Of a DNA stretch of 64,000 nt, positions 24,201 to 36,200 are shown piece after piece. Each line of letters opens with the position of its first letter. Position 1 is the stretch's first letter. The notes under the pieces were generated by a model, which ran no database searches, was not told the DNA's origin, and saw only the letters and a list, made by a program, of their open reading frames with translations. Source of the DNA: Macrostomum hystrix (Eukaryota; Animalia; Platyhelminthes); assembly GCA_950097015.1 (NCBI GenBank), contig CATNEN010000038.1:22630001-22694000 (forward strand), in the 5' to 3' direction. The position numbers were made by a program, and so were the translations under genes.

Positions 24201-27200
24201 TGTCAGCTAGGTGTGTCAGTGGATTTCAGCTAGGTGTGTCAGTGGATGTCAGCTAGGTGTGTCAGTGGATGTCAGCCAGCTAGGTGTGTCAGTGGATGTC
24301 AGCTAGGTGTGTCAGTGGATTTCAGCTAGGTGTGTCAGTGGATGTCAGCTAGGTGTGTCAGTGGATGTCAGCTAGGTGTGTCAGTGGATGTCAGCTAGGT
24401 GTGTCAGTGGATGTCAGCTAGGTGTGTCAGTGGATGTCAGCCAGCTAGGTGTGTCAGTGGATGTCAGCTAGGTGTGTCAGTGGATGTCAGCTAGGTGTGT
24501 CAGTGGATGTCAGCCAGCTAGGTGTGTCAGTGGATGTCAGCTAGGTGTGTCAGTGGATTTCAGCTAGGTGTGTCAGTGGATGTCAGCCAGCTAGGTGTGT
24601 CAGTGGATGTCAGCTAGGTGTGTCAGTGGATGTCAGCCAGCTAGGTGTGTCAGTGGATGTCAGCTAGGTGTGTCAGTGGATGTCAGCTAGGTGTGTCAGT
24701 GGATGTCAGCCAGCTAGGTGTGTCAGTGGATGTCAGCTAGGTGTGTCAGTGGATGTCAGCCAGCTAGGTGTGTCAGTGGATGTCAGCTAGGTGTGTCAGT
24801 GGATGTCAGCTAGGTGTGTCAGTGGATGTCAGCTAGGTGTGTCGGTGAATGTGAGCAGTCTAACAATGTCACTTGCTCCTCAATGGCAGGACTACACATA
24901 CTACTTCGTGCCAGCGCCCTGGCTGTCTGTGAAGCTGCTGCGGCTTTTGCAGAATTACCCTCCGCCGGAGGACACGACTGTGCGCAATCGTCTGACAGAG
25001 TGCCTTGAAACCATTCTCAACAAGGCTGTAGAGCCGCCAAAGTCAAAGAAAGTGCAGCACTCCAACGCTAAGAATGCTGTGCTGTTTGAAGCCATCAGCC
25101 TCATCATTCACATGGACAGCGATCCCAGTCTCCTAGTCCGAGCCTGCAGCCAACTGGGCCAGTTCCTGTCTAATCGGGAGACCAATCTGCGTTACCTGGC
25201 CTTGGAGAGTATGTGCCTATTGGCCACTTCGGAATTCTCGCACGACGCTGTCAAACGGCACCAGGAGACTGTGGTTACGGCTCTGAAGGTAAGCTAGAAA
25301 CGTTTCTATTTGCCGAAAAAGTTATCCAAGTTCTAGATATATTCTTGGTTGCCATGCGCAGGATAGGTTGCTATGCAATAGTATGGGTTGCTATGCAACA
25401 GGATAGGTTGCTATGCAACAGTATGGGTTGCTATGCAACAGTATGGGTTGCTATGCAACAGTATGGGTTGCTATGCAACAGTATGGGTTGCTATGCAACA
25501 GTATGGGTTGCTATGCAATAGTATGGGTTGCTATGCAACAGTATGGGTTGCTATGCAATAGTATGTATGGGTTGCTATGCAACAGTATGGGTTGCTATGC
25601 AACAGTATGGGTTGCTATGCACTAGGATTGTTTAATAATAGTCGAGACGGGTTGCCTTAAGGCATTAAGGCCTTAATGCATTAAGGCAATCCTAGTGCAT
25701 AAAGCTTTAAAGCAAGACGGGTTGCCATGCAACGGGATTGGTTGCTGTATTGCTGGTTTGCATACAGCTTAACAATAATTAGCTGATATTACTACCTCAA
25801 ATCAGTAGAAGTGTTCAAAAATGCATCGCTATTCAAAATGTAAATTCCTCAAAACAGAGCGAGCGAGACGTATCTGTGCGTCAGCGTGCAGTCGACCTGC
25901 TTTACGCCATGTGCGATCGCAGCAACGCCGAGGAAATCGTTGGAGAAATGCTCACCTACCTGGAGACAGCCGATTATTCTATTCGCGGCGAATTAGTACT
26001 GAAGATAGCCATCCTGGCTGAGAAGTACGCCAGCGACTACACCTGGTATGTGGACACCATTTTGAACCTGATCCGTCTGGCTGGCGATTTCGTCTCCGAG
26101 GAGGTCTGGTACCGCGTCATTCAGATTGTCATCAATAGGGAGGATGTACAGGTGAGCTTTTACTTGTTATATTGCTGTGAAGCCGTGAATTAAGATTAGT
26201 TGCTGCGAAGCAAGTTCTGCTACGGTTGCTATGCAGCTGGCTGGGGACCTGTTGCTATGCAGCTATTTAGGGACCGGTTGCTATAAAGCTAGTTCTGGAC
26301 CTGTTGCTATGAAGTTATTTGGAGACCAGTTGCTATGCAGCTAGCTAGGAACCGGTTGCTATGCAGCTAGTTAGGGACCGGTTGCTATGAAGCTAGTTAT
26401 GGACCTGTTGCTAGGAAGTTATTTGGGGACCTGTTGCTATGCAGCTAGCTAGGAACCGGTTGCTATGCAGCTGGCTAGGAACCGGTTGCTATGCAGCTAG
26501 TTAGGGACCGGTTGCTATGAAGCTAGTTATGGACCTGTTGCTAGGAAGTTATTTGGGGACCAGTTGCTATGCAGCTAGCTAGGAACCGGTTGCTATGCAG
26601 CTAGTTAGGGACCGCTTGCTATGCAGCTAGCTAGGAACCGGTTGCTATGCAGCTAGTTAGGGACCGGTTGCTATGCAGCTAGTTAGGGACCGGTTGCTAT
26701 GAAGCTAGTTATGGACCTGTTGCTAGGAAGTTATTTGGGGACCAGTTGCTATGCAGCTAGCTAGGAACCGGTTGCAATGCAGCTAGTTAGGGACCGGTTG
26801 CTATGCAGATAGCTAGGAACCGGTTGCTATGAAGCTAGTTATGGACCTGTTGCAGTGTTCCCACTCCAATCTACCCATTTTTCCTCCGCAGCCTAAAGAA
26901 AATTCCGCAGATAGCTTAACCTATTAAATATGATAAGATTTTCAACAAAACTATGGAAAAAAACTTTTGAACAAGCATTTTTTTAAACTCAAAATAAGTA
27001 AGCAAGTCTAAGTCAATGTATTCTAGACTTCCAGTTTACAATCAAGTTGTCAACCCATCACATTGGCTGTGGATGGCAAAAAGTTCTTTTTATTCTACTT
27101 TAACGAAAAAACAATGGCTGGCTCAATGTTTGCACTTTACGGAAAAGATTTGACGTGTCACGTGACACACAGGCACAACTGCTATTTAGTTACAACTACA

Positions 27201-30200
27201 AGCATTAAACATTCTTTAGGTTCTATTCAACTGTTAATAAAAGTAAAACTAATTAAGTAAAGTTAACTACTAGAGATACAATACTTTGCTTATTAATTAG
27301 ACTGCTGCCAAGACTAGAGATTGGACAGGATGAAGATTTTTGGGATTGGGATTCCTAATTTCGGGAATCGGGATTGCAATTCATGATTGAATTTCAGGTT
27401 TCAGCATTTAAAGATATGAATATATAAGATGGTTGGATGGGATCTCAAAATAATTTCAGAATCATGATCATGAGTTTGGCCAGGATCCCAGGCTTTTGTG
27501 ATCGGGATCCAATCCTACCTCTAGTCAAGACGCGTGACATTGTCTTATTAGTTACTAGTACGCCCCATTGTTCTGTTTTCTAGTGATTTGCATATCATCT
27601 TGGCGGCCTTTTTCAGTGCTTCTGCAGCCAGCTCGTCTTGAGTCTTCAACTTTCGCTTCAGCAGCTTGGCGTCATCATGTAGAGCTTTGGCCTCTCGCTC
27701 TTCTAAAGTCCTCATTTTTTTCTGATACTCGAGCAGCATAGCCGAAGCAGCTCGCTTCTCAGCTTCAATTATTTCACGCTCTGCAGCCAACTTTTTTTCA
27801 GCCGCCTCCAATTCCATCTTCTTCTTGTTTACTTCAATCTCAGCAGCAAGCTGCTCTTCCAACTGTTTAGCGGCAATCCGTGCATCTTTCTTGGCCTTAT
27901 CAGCATCTCTTTGCTGTTGAAGGAATTCCATGTACACTGAACGAGCCTTCCCAGCAGACTGAACGTAGACGTCTGTCAATGGAAAGTTTTCGCAGGTTGT
28001 AGGCTCCTCACCAACTAGCCCAGATTGGCGGATGTAGTGTCGAACAAAAAGGCAGGCATCAATAGACAATTCACCAAGCTTGTTGCGTTTTTTCGTTAAC
28101 AAGTCCGATAACTCGCTAAAGACTCGCTCTACTGCAGCGTTGCCTGGCTGAATGGTCAGAGCACCCAAAGCTAGTCGGGTTAGTGTGCCGTACTTTTTTT
28201 GACCACCAAGCTCTAGGGCTGACACGCGAAGCCAAAATGTAACCACATCATTGTCCTTAGCCAAAGCCACTACCTGTTGGTCAACGAGGAAGCATCGCCA
28301 TTCGGAATCAATTTTTGATACGGAATCAGGTGTATATTCCATTTGTTTGGCTAGGTTACATGCAGCAAGCGATGTAGTAGCTGCTGCGAGACCGACTTTC
28401 ATAGGATATTGCGGATCCAGAAATTGTAGCGAGCGTAAGACAGGATTCGACAGAGGCAAATGTTCTTGCAAGTACAATGCAAGTTCACGATAGAAGGTGC
28501 GAACACGTAGGAAAAAGAGCTTCTGTTGAGTGTCCGACAAGCCTTTTTTTAATGTCTCTTTAGCTGCTTCGCCGATAAAGATGGCTTCATTAGAGAGGAA
28601 GTATTTGCCTTCCAACGACAAATTTCTCAAATGTCGATTGTTCTCCTGAATGTGCGCTGGATTTAAAAAGAATGACAAAGTCTGCCTAAACAAATTGCGG
28701 ACTTCTCCATGCAAAAGATGGACACACGGCTCCTCTGTCTGAAATGCCTTCTCGAATTGGTCTAGATGCGGCAAGACAGCAGCCAGAAATTGCAGATTAA
28801 GCAGTGTATGCGTCGACTTTAGGTGCTCAGCAATTTCTTTGGTCTTTTTGGTCTTTTGCTCAATCAGAGATGGATTCTTCACAAAGAATTCTTCCAGAGA
28901 ATCATATTGCTCAATAAGCCTATTAACAACAGGCAAAAGCTGCACCCATCTTGTTTCAACGCGCCGCAACATGCGATGCTGGGCCACTTGAAGCAGTGAC
29001 TGAACTTTGTTATAACGCGTCCACCTTTTCGAGGTCTGAAAGTAGGAGAACACTTCATCAGCGAAGTCCTCTACATTTCCATCAAAGGCTTCACATGCAC
29101 GTCGAACCGCATTGGAGACAATATGCAAACTGCATGGTCCAATGGAAACAAGATGAGATGCAAAGTCATGCATTATTTTTTGGAAGCCGTTAAACTTTCC
29201 AACCATAACTGCTGGTCCATCTGTTGATATGCTAACACAGTTCCTAATCGGAATGTTGAATTCATCGAGAATCTTCAAAACTTCCTCTTTCAGAGCAGCG
29301 GCTGAGCAGTCAGAAACTTCAACTGTTTTCAAGGCAGTTGTACACAGCCTTCCCTTCTTCGACGACACAAATGATATTACAACTGCCATGTGCTTTCGTG
29401 CCCCATCAGATGACTCGTCAATAGAAAGGGAAAACAGTCCGCAGCCAGAGTTCAAGTCTTGAATCATCTCATCACGCATCACTGGTGCAAGAGCGTGATT
29501 AACAAGATAGCACAGTTTTGTGCGATGGCACTTCATGTCTTGAGCAATTTTGCTATCATGAAACATAGCTGGGTACACACCCGAGTGGTCGGCTGTATTG
29601 TACGCAATATTGTGCTCAATAAAATGGATTCCAAGTCGCAGCTCTGCCATTAGCACTTCTGCGTCAGCCTTCTTCATGGCAGTGAAAGATGGCTTGCTGC
29701 CTTGAGTAGGAAAAAAGTGTGCTATCCCAGTCTCATTCATGACTGGCAATCGACTCTTGTGCTTCTTGCCTTGGGCGTGGGCTGTAACTGCGCCGAACCC
29801 ACTAGTGCCGAGGTGAAATGATTTTTTGCACACGGTGCAGAAGCCAAGCAGTTCGTCACTTCGATCAGGCTGAAGCCACTCGCTAAGGACTCGTCCATCA
29901 ATGGATCGCTGTAACCACTCATGTCGAAATGCTGTTGCACGAGGCTTGCTTAGAGACATCTCACTACGAGGGTACGAGCGTATTCTCAGAATATTTTTTC
30001 AGTTATTGTCTTATTGAGTTAAACGCAAGTCGCAAAGGCAGCAAAGCTGAAAAATAAGTTGAGCTACTTTGTAAAGTCTTTCTAGCCAACCTGATCTATT
30101 TAATTAACTATTGGTATTGACTCATTAAACTCGCTTCCAGACTCATTAGGTTCCAATTTCCATTCTAGCTCTATGCGAAAAACTAAGTTTCCTAGTAAGA

Positions 30201-33200
30201 GGGTGGCGGTGGAACATAGACTAAACTAAGAACTACAATCAATAAAGAAATGAACTTTTAAACAGTAGTATAATGTGTACAAATAATTAAGGAGAATTCC
30301 AACAAATAGAAAATACTAGATATTGACAAATATATATATATATAAGATATTTAGTATATAGATTGTATAAAACTAAAGTGTGTCCTCAATTCCTCATATA
30401 TTCAAATATCAGAGCAAAATCGGAGCAACCAAATTTCCGCAGATTGCAAAATTCCTCTTGATTTTCCACAGGCGAGCCAGAAATTCCGCATTGCGGAATT
30501 TCCGCAGGTAGTGGGAACACTGACCTGTTGCTATGCAGCTAGCTAGGAACTGGTTGCTATGCAGCTAGTTAGGGACCGGTTGCTATGCAGCTAGTTAGGG
30601 ACCGGTTGCTATGCAGCTAGTTAGGGACCGGTTGCTATGCAGCTAGCTAGGAACCGGTTGCTATGCAGCTAGTTAGGGACCGGTTGCTATGCAGCTAGTT
30701 AGGGACCGGTTGCTATGAAGCTAGTTATGGACCTGTTGCTATGCAGCTAGCTAGGAACTGGTTCCTATGCAGCTAGTTAGGGACCGGTTGCTATGCAGCT
30801 AGCTAGGAACCGGTTGCTATGCAGCTAGTTAGGGACCGGTTGCTATGAAGCTAGTTAGGGACCGGTTGCTATGCAGCTCGTTAGGGACCGGTTGCTATGC
30901 AGCTAGTTAGAGACCGGTTGCTATGACGCTTCCGTAATGATCTCCACATATATTATGATGATGAGCGTTTCGTCAACCATATCCAGGCTTACGCAGCCAA
31001 GACTGTCTTCGAAGCCCTGGAGGCACCAGCCTGCCACGAGAACATGGTGAAAGTTGGCGGCTACATTCTAGGCGAATTCGGCAACCTGATCGCCGGCGAT
31101 GCTCGCAGCTCGCCGTCCATTCAATTTCAATTGCTGCACGGCAAGTTCCACCTGTGCAGTCCGCCAACTCGAGCCCTGCTGCTTAGCGCCTACATTAAAC
31201 TGGTCAACCTGTTCCCGGAGATTCGCCCGGACATTATCGCCGTACTGGAGTCCGATGCTAATCTGCGCAATTCCAATGTGGAGATTCAGCAGCGAGCTAG
31301 CGAGTATCTGAGTCTGGCCAGAATTGCCAGCCAGGTTGGCCTCAGTAACTTCTTTTATTCAGGGGATAAAAGGGGATAGCAACTAAACTTTACCTAGGGT
31401 TAGAGAGGGTAGCAACCGAAGTTACCTGGGGGTTATAGAGGGTAGCAACCAAACTTACCTGGAGGTTAGAGAGCGTAGCAACCGAAGTTACCTAGGCTTT
31501 TGAGAGGGTAGCAACCGAAGTTACCTAGGCTTTTGAGAGGGTAGCAACCGAAGTTACCTAGGCTTTTGAGAGGGTAGCAACCGAAGTTACCTAGGCTTTT
31601 GAGAGGGTAGCAACCGAAGTTACCTAGGCTTTTGAGAGGGTAGCAACCGAAGTTACCTAGGCTTTTGAGAGGGTAGCAACCGAAGTTACCTATGGGTTAG
31701 AGAGGGTAGAAACCGAAGACTTTAGTAATATACCAACCAGACAATGTTCAACCCATCCTCATCAATCAGGACGTCCTGGCCACGGTGCTTGAGGAGATGC
31801 CGCCGTTTCCTGAGCGCGAGAGTTCGATTCTGGCCCAGCTGCGCAAGAAGAAGCCGGCCGTTGAGGACGCCCTGAGAGCTCGTGGCGAGAAGCAACAGCA
31901 GCAGCGTCCTGGCTCCAGTGCCGATAATGATGGAGCAGCTTCCGTCGCCAAAGGTGAATGATTTATTAACCTTTTAAAATACATCTGAAGAGTAAAAAAA
32001 GTAATTTCCGAACTTTTTTGCAGCTCCTACGACAGGAAAAGCCGAAGCGCCAGCTTTGAAACTGCAGGGCGAAGTGGCCGGAGCTGAGAGCAACACGGAC
32101 TCTGGCGACCTACTGGGCCTCGACTTTGGCGGCGCTGGCTCCGCTACCGCTACATCAGATGGCGGAGGCGCCGCCAATGTCGACCTGTTGGCTTCCATTC
32201 TCGACGTTGGTGTGTCCAGCTCGACGACTGCGGCATCGACGGCGCCGGCTCGCCAGACTGTGGTTGTTAGTCCAGGCGTTGGCGGCAGTCAGGGCCCAAT
32301 CCAGGGCGAAGAGAATTGGTTCAAGTTTGTATGCAAAAACTCCGGCGTGCTGCACGAGAACGACATTCTGCAGGTGCGGTGCTGGGAATAGCGGGTCTAG
32401 GATTCTTAGAACAGTGCACGGATATCTGCGATTCTTGGGAAATGAATGAAAATGGCACGCCCCTAAAATTCATTTAAATTATTATTTCTGAGTTTGTTGG
32501 AAAAAAAGCACATCTTTTCACGATATTTCGATACTAGCTACGATACTAGCTCTGCCATTCTTCTAAGATCTCTAGACTAGGATTCTTAGAATAATGGCAG
32601 ATCTCTAGGCTGTGATTCTTAGAATAATGGCAGATCTCTATACTGTGATTCTTAGAAGAATGGTAGATCTTTAGACTAGGATTCTTAGATGAATGGCAGA
32701 TCACTAGACTGTGGTTCTTCGAAGAATGGCAGATCACTGGACTGTGATTCTTAGAAGAATGGCAGATCTCTAGACTGTGATTCTTAGAAGAATGGCAGAT
32801 CACTAGACTGTGGTTCTTAGAAGAATGGCAGATCTCTAGACTGTGAATCTTAGAAGAATGGCAGATCTCTAGACTGTGGTTCTTAGAAGAATGGCAGATC
32901 ACTAGACTCTGGTTCTTAGAAGAATGGCAGATCTCTAGACTGTGGATCTTAGAAGAATGGCAGATCTCTAGACTGTGATTCTTAGAAGAATGGCAGATCA
33001 CTAGACTGTGATTCTTAGAAGAATGGCAGATCTCTAGACTGTGATTCTTAGAAGAATGGCAGATCTCTAGACTTTGGTTCTTAGAAGAATGGCAGATCAC
33101 TAGACTGTGGTTCTTAGAAGAATGGCAGATCTCTAGACTGTGGTTCTTAGAAGAATGGCAGATCTCTAGACTGTGATTCTTAGAAAATGTCAGATTTCGT

Positions 33201-36200
33201 CGCAACTTTGTGACTTTTAGAAAATGGCAAGTCTTTCTGTGATTCCTAAAAAATTATGAAATATAATGTTTTATTCTAAAGAATATGCCTCCCGCCTGTC
33301 AGGTTGGAGTGAAATGCGACTATCAGCAGAGCACCGGTCGCATTGTAGTCTATTACGGCAATAAGACACCGGCGCCACTCACACAGTTCACTAGCGTTAT
33401 CAACCTGCCTGACTCTAGCCTCACTAATCAGCTGGCTATACGGGTCAAAACTGTTAGCGACAAGGTTGGCGCCTCCGAGCAGGTCAGCGAAGTCATCGCC
33501 GTTGACTGCTTGGCCGAGTTTTCAGCTTGTCCTCTGCTTAACGTGCGATTTCTGTAAGTTAATGGATGGCTCAAATTCGCATTGTATTTTAAACACTGGT
33601 ACGGACAAGTAATGATTCACAGACAAGCTGAATGATTCACAGACAAGCTGAATGATTCACAGACAAGCTGAATGATTCACAGACAAGCTGAATGATTCAC
33701 ATACAAACTGAATGATTCACATACAAGCTGAATGATTCACACACAAGCTGAATGATTCACATACAAGCTGAATGATTCACAGACAAACTGAATGATTCAC
33801 AGACAAACTGAATGATTCACAGACAATCTGAATGATTCACAGACAAGCTGAATGATTCACAGACAATCTGAATGATTCACAGACAAACTGAATGATTCAC
33901 AGACAATCTGAATGATTCACAGACAAGCTGAATGATTCACAGACAAACTGAATGATTCACAGACAAACTGAATGATTCACACACAAGCTGAATGATTCAC
34001 ATACAAGCTGAATGATTTACAGACAAGCTGAATGATTCACACACAAGCTGAATGATTCACATACAAGCTGAATGATTCACAGACAAACTGAATGATTCAC
34101 AGACAAACTGAATGATTCACAGACAATCTGAATGATTCACAGACAAGCTGAATGATTCACAGACAATCTGAATGATTCACAGACAAACTGAATGATTCAC
34201 AGACAATCTGAATGATTCACAGACAAGCTGAATGATTCACAGACAATCTGAATGATTCACAGACAAACTGAATGATTCACACACAAGCTGAATGATTCAC
34301 ATACAAGCTGAATGATTTACAGACAAGCTGAATGATTCACAGACAAACTGAATGATTCACACACAAGCTGAATGATTCACATACAAGCTGAATGATTTAC
34401 AGACAAGCTGAATGATTCACACACAAGCTGAATGATTCACATACAAGCTGAATGATTCACACACAAGCTGAATGATTCACACACAAGCTGAATGATTCAC
34501 ATACAAGCTGAATGATTCACACACAAGCTGAATGATTCACACACAAGCTGAATGATTCACATACAAGCTAAATGATTCACACACAAGCTGAATGATTCAC
34601 ACACAAGCTGAATGATTCACACACAAGCTGAATGATTCACATACAAGCTGAATGATTCACATACAAGCTGAATGATTCACAGACAAACTGAATGATTCAC
34701 AGACAAACTGAATGATTCACAGACAATCTGAATGATTCACAGACAAACTGAATGATTCACAGACAATCTGAATGATTCACATACAAGCTGAATGATTCAC
34801 AGACAATCTGAATGATTCACAGACAAACTGAATGATTCACAGACAATCTGAATGATTCACAGACAAGCTGAATGATTCACAGACAAACTGAATGATTCAC
34901 AGACAAACTGAATGATTCACACACAAGCTGAATGATTCACATACAAGCTGAATGATTCACAGACAAACTGAATGATTCACAGACAAACTGAATGATTCAC
35001 AGACAATCTGAATGATTCACAGACAAACTGAATGATTCACAGACAATCTGAATGATTCACATACAAGCTGAATGATTCACAGACAATCTGAATGATTCAC
35101 AGACAAACTGAATGATTCACAGACAATCTGAATGATTCACAGACAAGCTGAATGATTCACAGACAAACTGAATGATTCACAGACAAACTGAATGATTCAC
35201 ACACAAGCTGAATGATTCACATACAAGCTGAATGATTCACAGACAAACTGAATGATTCACAGACAAACTGAATGATTCACAGACAATCTGAATGATTCAC
35301 AGACAAACTGAATGATTTACGGACAAACTGAGTTCCCTTATTGGAAATGATAGATAAAAATCTAACTTTTTAAATCAAAGAGCTTTACAGACAGTCGTGA
35401 TGTTTTTCAGGCTACCCAATTAACTTTATTTACTTTTTCTGTTTCCAGACTTAATGCTTCGTTTGCAGTTTAACAAGCCTATTTTCAGGCAAAAATCAAT
35501 CAGGAACGTACTCGTATTTAGGGCTACCTCTTTAAACCAATAACCATAGCATTTTACTCTTAGTTAGCATTCTGGCGACATGAAAGCTTTCAATAAGTAT
35601 AATTTTGCGTATACAATTGCAGCTACTCCGGAGTGCCCCAGTCGATCACGCTGAAGCTGCCGCTAACTATTAACAAATTTATGCAAAGCAGCGAAATGGA
35701 CAGCGCCACATTCTTTCAGCACTGGAAGCAGCTGTCTCAGTGAGTACCCATGGCTCTACCATGTGTGATTAACTTCCTTTCTTGACACTCTCAACTCTTA
35801 TTTTAAAAAACATCTTTTCTTTTTAGACCGGAGCAAGAATGTCAGAAAATTTTCCAAGCTAAGTTTCCAATGGACGCAGAGACAACGAAAACAAAGGTCG
35901 GCAATGATTTGAGAGCCCGTTGATTCTGTAATCCGTCCCTAACCCCCTAATTGTTCAGTAATCCGTCCCTAACCCCCTGATTGTTCAGTAATCCGCCCCT
36001 AACCCCCTGATTGTTCAATAATCCGCCCCTAAGCCCCTGATTGTTCAGTAATCCGCCCCTAACCCCCCGATTGTTCAGTAATCCGCCCCTAACCTCCTGA
36101 TTATTCAATAATCCGCCCCTAACCTCCTGATTGTTCAGTAATCCGACCCTAACCTCCTGATTGTTCATTAATCCGCCCCTAACCTCCCGATTGTTCATTA

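Larger units (their letters stand above)
26853..30522 (-). mobile_element. Autonomous hAT DNA transposon (3670 bp) in AP2A intron 5
   Basis: Perfect 13-bp TIRs CAGTGTTCCCACT / AGTGGGAACACTG; 8-bp TSD ACCTGTTG (26845-26852, 30523-30530); subterminal TCCGCA repeats; intact transposase. Confidence 0.96.

Noticed and set aside
23062-24843. Regular 20-36-bp repeats resembling CRISPR arrays
   Set aside because: No unique spacers, no cas genes, eukaryotic intronic context.
32560-33195. TTCTTAGAA (STAT GAS-like) in each 36-bp unit
   Set aside because: A short motif easily produced by chance in one unit and then amplified; no independent support.
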